A stretch of DNA of 64,000 bases from an uncultured Planctomycetia bacterium (GCA_964642015.1 CAZXLF010000002.1:159678-223677), one strand, 5' to 3'; shown: positions 18,273 to 28,462, counted from the stretch's first letter. The notes: generated by a model not told the origin, from the sequence alone. Translations and numbers: made by a program.

Positions 18273-18980
18273 ATGGCTGAGGCATATATCGAATACCACA
18301 TACAAAAGTTTTTTGAAGAGTTAAAAATATATGTGCATTATTTCAACATTACTTTTTCCGAGCAAAAAAAATTAGCCAAAGCTATTCAAGATAAGCATGA
18401 TGAAATTGGATCTGATTTCGACTATGAAAATGATGACGATGGCACAGTGTGGTCTCGTGCGCATGAAGAGATTCTGGGAACTGATGAAGTATGGATTACA
18501 GAGCATGAGCTATTCATTGTGGGGGGCTATTGCATAATAATATTTCATGCTTTTGAGAGATTTTTAGAAGAACTTTTTGAGTTAATTATTAAGCATCAAT
18601 TGTCATCTATGTTAATCAGTAAAATAACTCAAGAACAAAAAAAGGCAATTGAGGAGGTTGTAAAAAACGATAAACTTGAAACGTTCGATTGTTTCTGCCG
18701 TATATTTCCTGACATAAGAAAAGCCAAGGGGTATGAAAAGGTATATGAACTTAATACGATCTGTAATGTTTTTAAACATGGTCGAGGAGGGGCACTACGT
18801 CGGCTGAAAAAAATAAGACCCGATATAACGCAACATTTAGGCGAAATGTTTTCTCCTGCGTTAAGACCCTTCCGTGGATATGACTTGACCAATATAAAAC
18901 AGAATATGATTTATGAGTATGTAGATGCTATAAAAACATTTTTAACTGGAGTATTTGGTGTAACAGAGGTCAAAGCGTAA
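18273..18980 (+). CDS. Orphan hypothetical protein on AT-rich insert; possible HEPN-like Rx5H motif
   Basis: Clean 235 aa ORF with markedly lower GC than its flanks. No recognisable family. Contains 'RRLKKIRPDITQH'. Confidence 0.45.
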   Translation: MAEAYIEYHIQKFFEELKIYVHYFNITFSEQKKLAKAIQDKHDEIGSDFDYENDDDGTVWSRAHEEILGTDEVWITEHELFIVGGYCIIIFHAFERFLEELFELIIKHQLSSMLISKITQEQKKAIEEVVKNDKLETFDCFCRIFPDIRKAKGYEKVYELNTICNVFKHGRGGALRRLKKIRPDITQHLGEMFSPALRPFRGYDLTNIKQNMIYEYVDAIKTFLTGVFGVTEVKA

Positions 18981-18996
18981 GAGTATTTATAGCTAT

Positions 18997-20334
18997 ATGA
19001 TGAACAAAAAGGCACAAATAAAGAAACTTTTTCTCCAAACCTTCGGGTGTCAAATGAATGAGCGCGATTCGGAGGGTGTTTTGGGTCTTTTGATGGAACG
19101 CGGCTATCAGGAGACTCCCCGCGCAGAAGAAGCGGATCTGATTTTGTATAATACCTGCAGTGTGCGCGATCACGCCGAGCAAAAAGTTTTTAGCCGCATC
19201 GGCCATTTTCGTGAGTTGAAAGAGAATCATCCCGGTCTTGTGATCGGCATCATCGGCTGTATGGCTCAGGAGCACGGAGAGAATTTTTTTAAGAACAATC
19301 CGGAGATCGACCTTGTCTGCGGTCCGGGAAATTTGAATCAGATCCCGGATCTTGTCGAAGAGATCGAAGAAAAACGGATCCCGCGTCTTGCGGTAGACCG
19401 TTTGAATGAAGAATACAGTCTGGAGAATGTGCGCTATCGTTCGGGAAATTTGAAAGCGCTGGTGACGATCATGACCGGTTGCGACCATCGCTGCACGTAT
19501 TGCATCGTGCCTTACACACGCGGAGACGAACGTTCCAGATCTTCCGAAAGCATCATGGACGAGATGCGGGATATCGAGCGAAAGGGGTTCAAGGACGTGA
19601 TGCTTTTGGGGCAAAATGTGAATTCTTATGGCAAAGGCCTTTCCGAAGATATCGATTTTTCGGACTTGTTGGAAAAGATACAAAAAGAAACGCCTAAAAT
19701 TCCCAGGCTTCGTTTTATTACGAGCCACCCGAAAGATGCTCATACCAGGCTTTTTAGTGTGATGCATGATCTTCCGATGGTATGTGAACATCTGCATCTG
19801 CCTGTCCAGTCCGGTTCGAACAGGACGCTCCGGCGTATGAAGCGTGAGCATACCCGTGAATGGTATCTTGAACAGATCGCCGAATACCGCCGGCTTGTTC
19901 CGGACGGTACGTTGACCACTGATTTTATTGTTGGCTTTCCGGGCGAAACGGAAAAAGATTTTTTGGAGACTCTCGATCTGATGGAGCGTATAGAATTTGA
20001 CAGTGCGTTCATTTTTCAGTATTCGCCGAGGCCCGGCACGCCGGCGTTGAAACTTGATGATGATGTGCCGGTTAAGGAGAAAAATGATCGCCATAAAGCG
20101 CTTCTTGCGGCGCAAAAAGCGTCAAGTTTGAAAAGAAATCAAGCGCTGATCGGGCAAACTGTGGAGGTGCTGTTCGAATCGAAAGCGCGGAAAGGGCAGG
20201 ATCAATTTACGGGTAGGACGCGCGGCTACAAACGTGTTGTGGCGAGAGCTAGTCGTGATATTATTGGAGAACTGTTTTTGGTGAAAATAACAAGTGTTGC
20301 AGATGAGACACTTTTGGGAGAGCTGGTATCGTGA
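18997..20334 (+). CDS. miaB: tRNA-2-methylthio-N6-dimethylallyladenosine synthase (radical SAM methylthiotransferase)
   Basis: MTTase N-terminal 'LQTFGCQMNERDSEGV'. Radical SAM 'CDHRCTYCIVPYTRG'. C-terminal TRAM domain. Confidence 0.9.
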   Translation: MMNKKAQIKKLFLQTFGCQMNERDSEGVLGLLMERGYQETPRAEEADLILYNTCSVRDHAEQKVFSRIGHFRELKENHPGLVIGIIGCMAQEHGENFFKNNPEIDLVCGPGNLNQIPDLVEEIEEKRIPRLAVDRLNEEYSLENVRYRSGNLKALVTIMTGCDHRCTYCIVPYTRGDERSRSSESIMDEMRDIERKGFKDVMLLGQNVNSYGKGLSEDIDFSDLLEKIQKETPKIPRLRFITSHPKDAHTRLFSVMHDLPMVCEHLHLPVQSGSNRTLRRMKREHTREWYLEQIAEYRRLVPDGTLTTDFIVGFPGETEKDFLETLDLMERIEFDSAFIFQYSPRPGTPALKLDDDVPVKEKNDRHKALLAAQKASSLKRNQALIGQTVEVLFESKARKGQDQFTGRTRGYKRVVARASRDIIGELFLVKITSVADETLLGELVS

Positions 20335-21158
20335 AAAAAATAAAAATAGGTATTACGGTCTTACTGGCGATCTTGGTTGTTTCTGAAGTTGGCTTTGCGG
20401 ATATCGGCAGGATCGAGACAAAAAGAGAGCGTTTATTAAGAGAATCCCGGGAATCCGGACAAAAACCTTTGACGAACGATTATCTTAAGATCCACGAAAA
20501 TTTTTTGAGGGAGAATTACGCAGAGGTTGACAGGCTTTCGAACGATTATTTATCTCACGGCTTGGATAAGCCGAATTCCCAGGATGTATTGTATCTGCAG
20601 GCATTGAGTCTTTTGAAATTGGGACGCGGAAGCCAGGCGAGAGCAAGCTTTAGGGAGCTTGAGAATTCTTTCACCGACACGGACCGTAAAGCGAGCGCCT
20701 CGGCCTCTATAGGCGATTCTTATTACTATGAGGGCAATTTTGATCAAGCGGCCGAAGCGTACCGTGAAACGTTATCAAAATATCCGAACAGCGACCAAAC
20801 AACCTATATCACTTATAAGCTTAAGGAAATGTCTTCAAAGTCAGGCAGCGCGAGCGGCTCGCTTAATAATTTGTCCGCTCCTTATCGCGGCATTACCGCT
20901 CAGCCTGAGCCTTTGAAGCAGAACGGGATAGAGGAGATGCCGTTCTATACCGTTCAAGTAGGATCATTTTCAAAATCGCGCAATGCCAATGCGCTTATTC
21001 ATAAATTGAACAATCGTCATTATGATGCTTTTGTTGAGAGAGAACCGTCGAATGGCCTGTACAGAGTAAGAGTGGGGAGGTTTTCGTCTCGAGCCGATGC
21101 GGCCATGATCGAGTCCCGTTTGAAGCAAGAGGGTTATTCGACGAAGATCTATCCTTGA
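20331..21158 (+). CDS. SPOR-domain (peptidoglycan-binding) protein with TPR-like N-terminal region
   Basis: C-terminal SPOR domain 'FYTVQVGSFSKSRNANALIHKL…YRVRVGRFSSRADAAMIESRLKQEGY'. N-terminal signal or anchor. Confidence 0.7.
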   Translation: MKKIKIGITVLLAILVVSEVGFADIGRIETKRERLLRESRESGQKPLTNDYLKIHENFLRENYAEVDRLSNDYLSHGLDKPNSQDVLYLQALSLLKLGRGSQARASFRELENSFTDTDRKASASASIGDSYYYEGNFDQAAEAYRETLSKYPNSDQTTYITYKLKEMSSKSGSASGSLNNLSAPYRGITAQPEPLKQNGIEEMPFYTVQVGSFSKSRNANALIHKLNNRHYDAFVEREPSNGLYRVRVGRFSSRADAAMIESRLKQEGYSTKIYP

Positions 21159-22111
21159 AATCCGCAGTCTCTACAAAAAAACGGATCTTGGCCATTGTGG
21201 GTCCTACAGCTTCGGGGAAAACCGAAGTTGCCTTTGAAGTTTCCAAACTCCTTCCGTCTGAAATGATCTCGTGCGATTCGATGCAGGTTTATAAGGGGAT
21301 GTCGACCATTACCCAGGCGCCGAGATCGGGAGCGCGATTTCCCAAAGTTCATTTAACCTCGTTTTTGAACCCCGCGAAAGAATATAGCGCTGCGCAGTTC
21401 AGGGAAGAAGCCTTAGGTTTGATCCAACGCATTATAAAAGAAAAAAAAGTACCTATTTTAGTTGGCGGTACAGGGCTTTACCTTAGAGCTCTTTTGGATG
21501 GCTTGTTTGAGTCGAGCCATCGTGGGGTTGTCCGCGATATGACCTTTAGGGAAAAACTTTTAAAGGAACAAGAAACTCATGGCGGAGATTACCTGCACCG
21601 ACAATTAGAAAGCGTTGACCCGCTTTCGGCGGGCAAGATCCATCCGAATGATTTCAGGCGACTCATCCGCGCGCTCGAAGTATTTCATTTGACCGGGAAG
21701 CCGATTTCTGAGCAGAAGGCCAATCGTCGAGGGATACGGGGCGAGTATGAATGTCGCGTATTCTTTTTGGACAGGCAGCGCAATGAATTATACGAAAGGA
21801 TAAATCGCCGCGTAGATCATATGATGAATAAAGGACTATTAAAAGAAGTCACAGGATTGCGAAATAAGAAAATCAGCGTTACTGCACAGATGGCTCTAGG
21901 TGTACGCGAAATGGCCCAAGTCTTAAATAAGGAAATTTCTTTGCACGAGGCCAAAGAATTGCTGAAAAGACGGACAAGGAATTATGCCAAAAGACAATTA
22001 TCCTGGTTCAGACATGAAAAAGACATAGAGATGGTCCCGGTATTCTCTCAAGACACAGCCAAGGATATCGCCAAAGTCATTGTGAAGCGTTGGAAACAAA
22101 ACGATGCGTGA
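21155..22111 (+). CDS. miaA: tRNA dimethylallyltransferase
   Basis: P-loop 'IVGPTASGKT' and 'ISCDSMQVYKGMSTITQAP' are MiaA signatures. Confidence 0.9.
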   Translation: MKSAVSTKKRILAIVGPTASGKTEVAFEVSKLLPSEMISCDSMQVYKGMSTITQAPRSGARFPKVHLTSFLNPAKEYSAAQFREEALGLIQRIIKEKKVPILVGGTGLYLRALLDGLFESSHRGVVRDMTFREKLLKEQETHGGDYLHRQLESVDPLSAGKIHPNDFRRLIRALEVFHLTGKPISEQKANRRGIRGEYECRVFFLDRQRNELYERINRRVDHMMNKGLLKEVTGLRNKKISVTAQMALGVREMAQVLNKEISLHEAKELLKRRTRNYAKRQLSWFRHEKDIEMVPVFSQDTAKDIAKVIVKRWKQNDA

Positions 22112-23372
22112 GAAAGCGATACTCGTTACGGCGGAATTTGATTCGATAAGGCGAGACTATGAGATCCGGGATCTGGCCGAAGAATTGGAAGAACTTGCAA
22201 GATCCGCGGGTTTGAACGTCCTAAAGAGCCTTATGTTGAAACATAAGGCGCCAAATGCGACATTTTTCATCGGAAGAGGAAAGGTTGATGAGCTGACGTA
22301 TCTCGCGAAAGAGGAAAAAGCGGATGTTGTGATTTTTGAAAGCGATCTTTCAAGCACTCACCAGCGCAACCTCGAAGAAATTATTCAAACCAAGACCATT
22401 GACCGCACACAACTGATCCTTGATATTTTTGCGCAGCGCGCGCGGACCGTGGAAGGCAAGTTGCAGGTAGAGTTAGCGCAGATGAAATATCTTCTTCCAA
22501 GGTTGGCCGGAAAAGGCATTTATCTGTCACGTTTGGGAGGCGGAGTCGGAACGCGCGGTCCCGGTGAACAGAAATTGGAAGTGGATCGTCGCCGCATCCG
22601 TGAACGTATCGTGCGCTTAACCAAGGAACTTGGAAAAATAGAAAAAAGGCGATTATCAGGGATACAAAAGAAAAAAGAAAAGGACCTGCCGCTCGTAACG
22701 CTTGTGGGTTATACGAATGCAGGAAAATCGAGTCTTTTTAACGCGTTAACAAATGCGTCTTCGGTCGCGAAGAATAAACTCTTTTCCACGCTGGACACGA
22801 CAACGCGTTTGTTAGGCTTGCCGGGCAACCAAAAAGCGCTGCTTGCGGATACGGTCGGTTTTATTCGAGAGCTGCCGCATCACTTGATCGAATCTTTTAA
22901 GGCTACTCTCGAAGAGGCCGTGCATGCGGATATCTTGGTCCATGTTATCGATGCCAGCCGGCCAGATCTTGATGCGCTCGAGAAAGCAGTCCATCAAGTG
23001 CTTGCGGAGTTGGGGATCCGGCAGAAAAAGATCATCGTGGTTCTTAACAAACTTGATCTGCTTGGCAAGGGAGAGCGCGAAAAATTTGCGAGAGATCCTC
23101 ATTGGCAGCAGAATGCAGTTTTGGTATCGTCGCTCACAGGTGAGGGTTTAAATCTATTATCAGAGCGGATAGCAGGTAGCATTTCCAACAGAGTCCTCAG
23201 AAGAGATCTATTTGTTCCCAAGGAAAAGCTGGGCCTGCTTCATTTTCTTTATGAGGAAGCTGAGGTAGTTTTAAGGAAAGATAGAGCGGATGGGGTGCTT
23301 CTGACGGTTAATTTATCAGCTAAAACAGAGGGGCTATTTAAGCGGAAATTAGCCCTTGCAGGAACCGCTTGA
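22104..23372 (+). CDS. hflX: GTPase HflX
   Basis: HflX N-domain, G1 'GYTNAGKSSLFNALT', and 'DTVGFI' switch region. Confidence 0.9.
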   Translation: MREKAILVTAEFDSIRRDYEIRDLAEELEELARSAGLNVLKSLMLKHKAPNATFFIGRGKVDELTYLAKEEKADVVIFESDLSSTHQRNLEEIIQTKTIDRTQLILDIFAQRARTVEGKLQVELAQMKYLLPRLAGKGIYLSRLGGGVGTRGPGEQKLEVDRRRIRERIVRLTKELGKIEKRRLSGIQKKKEKDLPLVTLVGYTNAGKSSLFNALTNASSVAKNKLFSTLDTTTRLLGLPGNQKALLADTVGFIRELPHHLIESFKATLEEAVHADILVHVIDASRPDLDALEKAVHQVLAELGIRQKKIIVVLNKLDLLGKGEREKFARDPHWQQNAVLVSSLTGEGLNLLSERIAGSISNRVLRRDLFVPKEKLGLLHFLYEEAEVVLRKDRADGVLLTVNLSAKTEGLFKRKLALAGTA

Positions 23373-23396
23373 CAAAATGGAACTTTGTGCTAGACT
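23369..23396 (+). promoter_or_regulatory. Sigma70-like promoter candidate TTGACA-N16-TAGACT for the hrcA operon
   Basis: Perfect -35 TTGACA (23369-23374), 16-nt spacer, -10 TAGACT (23391-23396). Immediately upstream of CIRCE. Confidence 0.45.
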
Positions 23397-23401
23397 ATCA
23401 A

Positions 23402-23428
23402 TTGGCACTCACTTAGATAGAGTGCTAG
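23402..23428 (+). promoter_or_regulatory. CIRCE element (HrcA operator) TTGGCACTC-N9-GAGTGCTAG
   Basis: One mismatch per arm to the consensus TTAGCACTC-N9-GAGTGCTAA, about 30 nt upstream of hrcA. Confidence 0.8.
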
Positions 23429-23456
23429 TAACGAGGAATTCGAAGTCGGAGGGCTT

Positions 23457-24272
23457 ATGCCGGACCAGGATATGAACGCCAGAAAGGACAGGATATTCGA
23501 TATTATTGTCCGTTCCTATATAGAGACTGCTGAACCGGTCGGTTCGAGGACCATCTCTAAAAGGCGGGATGTTGGGCTATCTCCGGCCTCTATCCGAAAT
23601 GTCATGGCAGATTTGGAAGAGCAGGGTTTGATTACTCAGCCGCATACTTCTGCAGGGCGCATCCCTACTGATCGCGGTTACCGGTATTACGTGGATAAGC
23701 TTATGGAACCCGAAGAGGTGACCCATAAGGAAAAACATCTGATCCAAGAAGAGCTTTCAAGGGCCAAGACAATAGAAGGTTTGGCCGAGAAGGTATCGAA
23801 GGTGATATCAGAGCTTACGGAAACGGCAGCATTGCTTTATATTAAAAATCTGAAACGCGTCTCGTTCCTGACGTATCTTTTGGAAGAGCTTGTTGAGACA
23901 GAACGGCTGAATGATTTTCTGGAAGAAGAAGCGCAGCTATTTGTCGAAGGCGCGTTCCGTATGTTCCAGCATCCTGAATTTCAGGATCTGCGGAAGACAA
24001 AGCTGTTGCTTCAGGTGTTAGATGAAAAAAATAATCTGTTGCAGATTTTTGTCAAAGATCTTGAGGAAGAAGGCGTGCATATTCATATTGGCAGAGAAAA
24101 TTCTTTAGGGGAATTGGATAACGTGAGTTTGGTGATAAAGGACTGTTATTTGGGCAATACGCCGATCGGCAGTGTTGCCGCACTTGGGCCGACTCGGATG
24201 CGCTATTCAAAGGTTGTGGCGATCGTTAATTATGTCGCAGACAGTGTTACGGAAACCGTAAAAAGATTTTAA
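23457..24272 (+). CDS. hrcA: Heat-inducible transcription repressor HrcA (short form, 271 aa)
   Basis: N-terminal winged helix 'RKDRIFDIIVRSYIETAEPVGSRTIS…GLSPASIRNVMADLEEQGLI…GRIPTDRGYRYYVD' and C-terminal 'LGPTRMRYSKVVAIVNYVA'. Confidence 0.85.
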   Translation: MPDQDMNARKDRIFDIIVRSYIETAEPVGSRTISKRRDVGLSPASIRNVMADLEEQGLITQPHTSAGRIPTDRGYRYYVDKLMEPEEVTHKEKHLIQEELSRAKTIEGLAEKVSKVISELTETAALLYIKNLKRVSFLTYLLEELVETERLNDFLEEEAQLFVEGAFRMFQHPEFQDLRKTKLLLQVLDEKNNLLQIFVKDLEEEGVHIHIGRENSLGELDNVSLVIKDCYLGNTPIGSVAALGPTRMRYSKVVAIVNYVADSVTETVKRF

Positions 24273-24806
24273 ATGAAAAAGAATCACGAAACAGAGAATA
24301 GAGTTCGTCAAGATACGGAAGAACCCAAAGCGGATAAGAACGCTGCTTCGCCCGATTCGAAAGCGGCCGACGATGCACAGGAAAAGCTCCTTTGGCTGAA
24401 GGCAGATTTTGAGAATACGAAAAAAAGACTTGAGAGAGATAAGCAAGAGGCCATCAAGTTCGCGAATGAGAAATTGCTCGTTGAGATATTGTCGATCGTG
24501 GATAATTTTGACCGCGCGATGACCAGTCTCTCTGAGGGCCACGACCCTGAGCAGGTAAAAAAAGGACTGCATATCGCGCAGGAAGAACTGCATCAGGTCC
24601 TTGAGAGACATGGTGTTCAGGTGGTAAAAAGTTTAGGCGAAGATTTTGATCCGAAGTTCCATGAGGCCGTTGCGACAGTTGAAGCTACGGAAGGCCAAAA
24701 GGACGGGGTCATTGTGGATGAAGTGCAAAGAGGTTATCTGCTGAATGGGCGCTTGATACGGCCGAGCCGTGTACGGATCACTCAGCATAAGGCCGAAGAT
24801 GTTTGA
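24273..24806 (+). CDS. grpE: Nucleotide exchange factor GrpE
   Basis: 'LLWLKADFENTKKRLERDKQEA…LLVEILSIVDNFDRA' is a GrpE signature. Confidence 0.9.
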   Translation: MKKNHETENRVRQDTEEPKADKNAASPDSKAADDAQEKLLWLKADFENTKKRLERDKQEAIKFANEKLLVEILSIVDNFDRAMTSLSEGHDPEQVKKGLHIAQEELHQVLERHGVQVVKSLGEDFDPKFHEAVATVEATEGQKDGVIVDEVQRGYLLNGRLIRPSRVRITQHKAEDV

Positions 24807-24853
24807 GACAAATTTGATAGGTGTTTTGAATTTAATTTTGATAAAAGGGAGGC

Positions 24854-26770
24854 TTGAAAAAAATGGCAAGTGAGAAAGTAATAGGAATTGATCTGGGTAC
24901 TACGAATTCATGTGTGTCGATCATGCAGGGCGGCGAGCCTGTGGTGATCGCAAATTCAGAAGGTGTCAGAACGACGCCGTCTGTGGTGGGTTTTGCGAAA
25001 AACGGTGAGCGTCTTGTCGGGCAGCCTGCAAAGCGTCAGGCGATCACGAATCCTGAGAACACGATATTTTCGATCAAGCGCTTCATGGGCAGAAGGCATG
25101 AGGAAGTGCTCGCCGAAGAAAAACTCGTACCTTATAAAGTGGTCGAAGGTTCCGGTGGTGATGTGCGCGTGAAAGCATCCGGCAAGGAATATACTCCGCC
25201 GGAGATCTCGGCGATCATTCTGCAGAAGATGAAGCAAACGGCCGAAGATTATCTTGGTCAAAAAGTCACGAAAGCGGTGATCACGGTGCCCGCGTATTTC
25301 AATGATTCTCAAAGGCAGGCAACGAAGGACGCCGGCAAGATTGCCGGGCTTGATGTGCTCCGCATTATCAATGAACCGACAGCTGCTGCGTTGGCATACG
25401 GTCTTGATAAAAAGAAAAACGAAAAGATCGCTGTTTATGATCTTGGCGGCGGAACTTTCGATATTTCGATCCTTGAAATAGGGGATGGTGTTTTTGAGGT
25501 CAAATCCACCAACGGAGATACGCATCTCGGCGGTGATGATTTTGACCAGCGAGTGATGGACTGGCTCGCGGATGAATTCAAAAAATCCGACGGTATCGAT
25601 CTCAGGAAAGATCGCATGGCTCTCCAACGGCTCAAAGAAGCCGCGGAAAAAGCAAAGTGCGAACTTTCATCAAATGCTCAGACCGAGATCAATCTGCCGT
25701 TCATTACGGCCGATGCGAGCGGGCCGAAGCATTTAACGATGTCGCTTACTCGCGCGAAGCTTGAACAGCTTGTCGATGATCTGGTCCAGAAGACCATCGC
25801 CCCGTGCAAGAAAGCGCTTGAGGACGCAAAGCTCAAGGCCTCAGAGATCGATGAAGTGGTTTTGGTCGGCGGTCAAACGCGTATGCCTAAAGTTCAGGAA
25901 ATTGTGAGACAGCTTTTCGGCAAGGAACCTCATAAAGGTGTCAATCCTGACGAAGTGGTGGCGGTTGGCGCGGCGATCCAGGGCGGTGTATTGGTCGGCG
26001 ATGTCAAAGACGTGCTTTTATTGGACGTGACACCTTTGTCTCTCGGCATTGAAACGTTGGGAGGTGTCTGCACCCGTCTTATCGAAAGAAATACCACGAT
26101 ACCGACAAAGAAGAGTCAGACTTTCTCGACTGCCGCGGATAGCCAGACGGCTGTTTCGATCCACGTTCTTCAAGGTGAGCGTGAAATGGCTGAGAATAAC
26201 CGGACCCTTGGTCGGTTCGATCTTGTTGGGATTCCTCCTGCGCCTCGCGGTGTGCCTCAGATCGAAGTGACATTCGATATTGATGCCAATGGCATTGTCC
26301 ATGTTTCCGCCAAAGACCTTGGTACAGGCAAGGAGCAGAAGATTCGCATCGAGAGTTCAAGCGGTTTGAGCAAGGAAGAAGTGGAAAAAATGACCAAAGA
26401 TGCTCAAGCTCATGCTGATGAAGATAAAAAGAAAAAAGAACTCGTCGAGGCCAGAAATCATCTGGATACGTTGATCTATTCTACGGAAAAATCGCTCAGT
26501 GATCTCGGAGATAAAGTAGCTACGGATGAAAAAAAGAAAGTGGAGGAAGCGATCGGTAAAGCCAAGGAGGCGCTTAAAGGCAATGATGTTGATACGATCA
26601 AAAGCGCTGAAAAGGAACTGACAACTGCCTCACACAAGATAGCCGAAGAGATGTACAAGCAAGCCAGTGCAAAATCCCAGGGCTCTCATGGTGACGGAAA
26701 AGCCGGTGGCAATGCGGGTTCCAAAGAAGACGTTGTCGACGCTGAGTATAAAGTAGAGGATGACAAATAA
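24854..26770 (+). CDS. dnaK: Molecular chaperone DnaK (Hsp70)
   Basis: '[12 protein letters not shown]', '[12 protein letters not shown]', '[14 protein letters not shown]'. Confidence 0.97.
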   Translation: MKKMASEKVIGIDLGTTNSCVSIMQGGEPVVIANSEGVRTTPSVVGFAKNGERLVGQPAKRQAITNPENTIFSIKRFMGRRHEEVLAEEKLVPYKVVEGSGGDVRVKASGKEYTPPEISAIILQKMKQTAEDYLGQKVTKAVITVPAYFNDSQRQATKDAGKIAGLDVLRIINEPTAAALAYGLDKKKNEKIAVYDLGGGTFDISILEIGDGVFEVKSTNGDTHLGGDDFDQRVMDWLADEFKKSDGIDLRKDRMALQRLKEAAEKAKCELSSNAQTEINLPFITADASGPKHLTMSLTRAKLEQLVDDLVQKTIAPCKKALEDAKLKASEIDEVVLVGGQTRMPKVQEIVRQLFGKEPHKGVNPDEVVAVGAAIQGGVLVGDVKDVLLLDVTPLSLGIETLGGVCTRLIERNTTIPTKKSQTFSTAADSQTAVSIHVLQGEREMAENNRTLGRFDLVGIPPAPRGVPQIEVTFDIDANGIVHVSAKDLGTGKEQKIRIESSSGLSKEEVEKMTKDAQAHADEDKKKKELVEARNHLDTLIYSTEKSLSDLGDKVATDEKKKVEEAIGKAKEALKGNDVDTIKSAEKELTTASHKIAEEMYKQASAKSQGSHGDGKAGGNAGSKEDVVDAEYKVEDDK

Positions 26771-26801
26771 CGGCATGAGTCAGAAAGTTAAAGGAGAAAA
26801 T

Positions 26802-26960
26802 ATGTTAGAAGTTTATATGGATTTTGCGCCTGGAATTCGGAAAGTAAAGATTCCATTATCTTCGCTTGGATCGTATTGCTCTGCAACGTCTAGTGGAATG
26901 ATGGCGTCACCATATTTAATTATAACAAGTGGAAATATTGCACGGCAGATTACTGTATAA
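26802..26960 (+). CDS. Possible small ORF (52 aa) in AT-rich dnaK-dnaJ spacer
   Basis: ATG preceded by AAGGAG at -7. No homology recognisable. Could equally be non-coding. Confidence 0.2.
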   Translation: MLEVYMDFAPGIRKVKIPLSSLGSYCSATSSGMMASPYLIITSGNIARQITV

Positions 26961-27009
26961 GTAAGATAAAAGGTAAAAACGATAAATAATTTAAGGCTTA
27001 TAAAAGGGG

Positions 27010-27028
27010 CACGTTAAATATTAACGTG
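27010..27028. promoter_or_regulatory. Perfect inverted repeat CACGTTAA-ATA-TTAACGTG followed by TCTCTTTT (operator or weak intrinsic terminator)
   Basis: 8-bp arms with a 3-nt spacer, followed by a T-rich tract, about 45 nt upstream of dnaJ. Confidence 0.35.
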
Positions 27029-27070
27029 TCTCTTTTACTAATTTAAACATGGATCAGTAACGAGTTTTAA

Positions 27071-28186
27071 ATGGCCCAAAGTAAAAAAGATTACTATGAA
27101 GTGTTAGGTGTTTCCCGGTCTGCGACGGCGGAGGACATTAAGAAGGCCTATCGAAAATCTGCTCTTGAACACCATCCTGACCGGAATCCCAATAATAAAA
27201 AAGCGGAAGAAAAATTCAAAGAGGCGACCGAAGCTTATCAAGTTCTTTCCAATGCTGAACAACGACAGATCTATGATCAATACGGGCATGAGGGATTAAA
27301 TTCTACCGGTGGCGCGGGATTTTCATCCGCTGCGGGTTTTGGAGATATTTTCGAAGATATTTTCGAGGATTTTTTTGGCGGCAGAAGCTCTCGCGGACGT
27401 CAAAGACCACAGCGCGGCAGTGATCTTCAATATAGTCTTGAGATAGAGTTTGAAGAAGCAGTGTTCGGTATAGAAAAAAATATTGAGATCCCACGCGAAG
27501 AATCCTGCACGACTTGTAAAGGCGATGGAGCGAAGCCGGGTACTTCGCGCCAGACATGCCCGACGTGTCATGGTTCAGGGCAGATCTTGGCGTCCAGCGG
27601 ATTTTTTAGTGTGTCCAGACCTTGCAACCGCTGTCACGGCCAAGGCAGTTTTGCTGAGCATGCTTGCAACGATTGCCGAGGGACGGGCCGCGTGGTCGTC
27701 AAGCGAAAGATTAAAACGCATATACCGGCCGGCGTGGACAATGGACTGAGACTGAGAATTTCCGGGGAAGGCGAGGCGGGCACACGCGGCGGCCCGCGCG
27801 GAGACCTTTATGTTGATATTCATGTGAATCCGCATGAGTTTTTTACGCGTGAAGGCCGCGATATCCATTGCGAAGTGCCGATCAGCTTTGTGCAGGCAGC
27901 TCTGGGCTGCGAAGTGCAAGTGCCGACGCTTAGTGGAACGACCGAAGTCAAAATTCCGGCCGGCACTCAGACAGGCAAGATTTTCAGATTAAAAGGAAAG
28001 GGCGTTGTTTCTTTGAACGGACAGGGTATCGGTGATGAAGAGGTCAAGATCGTTGTGGAAACGCCGATGCACCTTTCGGAAAAGCAAAAAGATTTGTTAA
28101 AACAATTCGCGGAGCTTTCGGGAGAAAAAGTGAACCCGATCTCCAGTTCTTTTGTTCAGAAAGCCAAACGGTTATTTTCTAAATGA
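27071..28186 (+). CDS. dnaJ: Molecular chaperone DnaJ
   Basis: J-domain with 'HPDRN'. G/F-rich region. Four CxxCxGxG zinc-finger repeats. Confidence 0.95.
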   Translation: MAQSKKDYYEVLGVSRSATAEDIKKAYRKSALEHHPDRNPNNKKAEEKFKEATEAYQVLSNAEQRQIYDQYGHEGLNSTGGAGFSSAAGFGDIFEDIFEDFFGGRSSRGRQRPQRGSDLQYSLEIEFEEAVFGIEKNIEIPREESCTTCKGDGAKPGTSRQTCPTCHGSGQILASSGFFSVSRPCNRCHGQGSFAEHACNDCRGTGRVVVKRKIKTHIPAGVDNGLRLRISGEGEAGTRGGPRGDLYVDIHVNPHEFFTREGRDIHCEVPISFVQAALGCEVQVPTLSGTTEVKIPAGTQTGKIFRLKGKGVVSLNGQGIGDEEVKIVVETPMHLSEKQKDLLKQFAELSGEKVNPISSSFVQKAKRLFSK

Positions 28187-28195
28187 GGTTTTGCG

Positions 28196-28462
28196 ATGCC
28201 GACGTATGAATATAAATGTCTCAAGTGCAGGAAAAAGTTCGATCAGCTGCAGAAGATCACGGCCGATCCTCTGAAAAAATGCATATTTTGCGGAGGCAAG
28301 GTCGAGCGTCTGATCAGTGCCGGAACAGGGCTAATATTCAAAGGATCCGGTTTTTATATCACTGATTACAAGAACAAATCGTCCTCGAGCGCAGGTGATA
28401 AAAAGCCGGACTCAAAAAAATCAACAACCGAAAAATCTTCTTCGGAAAAAAAGAAAGATTGA
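28196..28462 (+). CDS. FmdB-family zinc-ribbon protein
   Basis: 'YEYKCLKCRKKF…KCIFCGG' CxxC…CxxC ribbon. Ser/Lys-rich tail. Confidence 0.65.
   Translation: MPTYEYKCLKCRKKFDQLQKITADPLKKCIFCGGKVERLISAGTGLIFKGSGFYITDYKNKSSSSAGDKKPDSKKSTTEKSSSEKKKD

Noticed and set aside
18970-20115. 381-aa ORF on the minus strand
   Set aside because: Entirely antisense to the confidently identified miaB radical-SAM gene; Arg/His-rich junk translation typical of the opposite strand of a GC-balanced gene.
24956-25627. 223-aa minus-strand ORF
   Set aside because: Lies antisense inside dnaK; spurious.
27345-27375. Direct repeat gatattttcgaagatattttcgaggat
   Set aside because: Encodes the [11 protein letters not shown] part of the DnaJ G/F-rich linker; a protein-level repeat, not a regulatory or mobile element.
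27323-27919. Several 80–114 aa ORFs on both strands
   Set aside because: All lie within dnaJ (Gly/Phe and Cys-repeat regions create open alternative frames).
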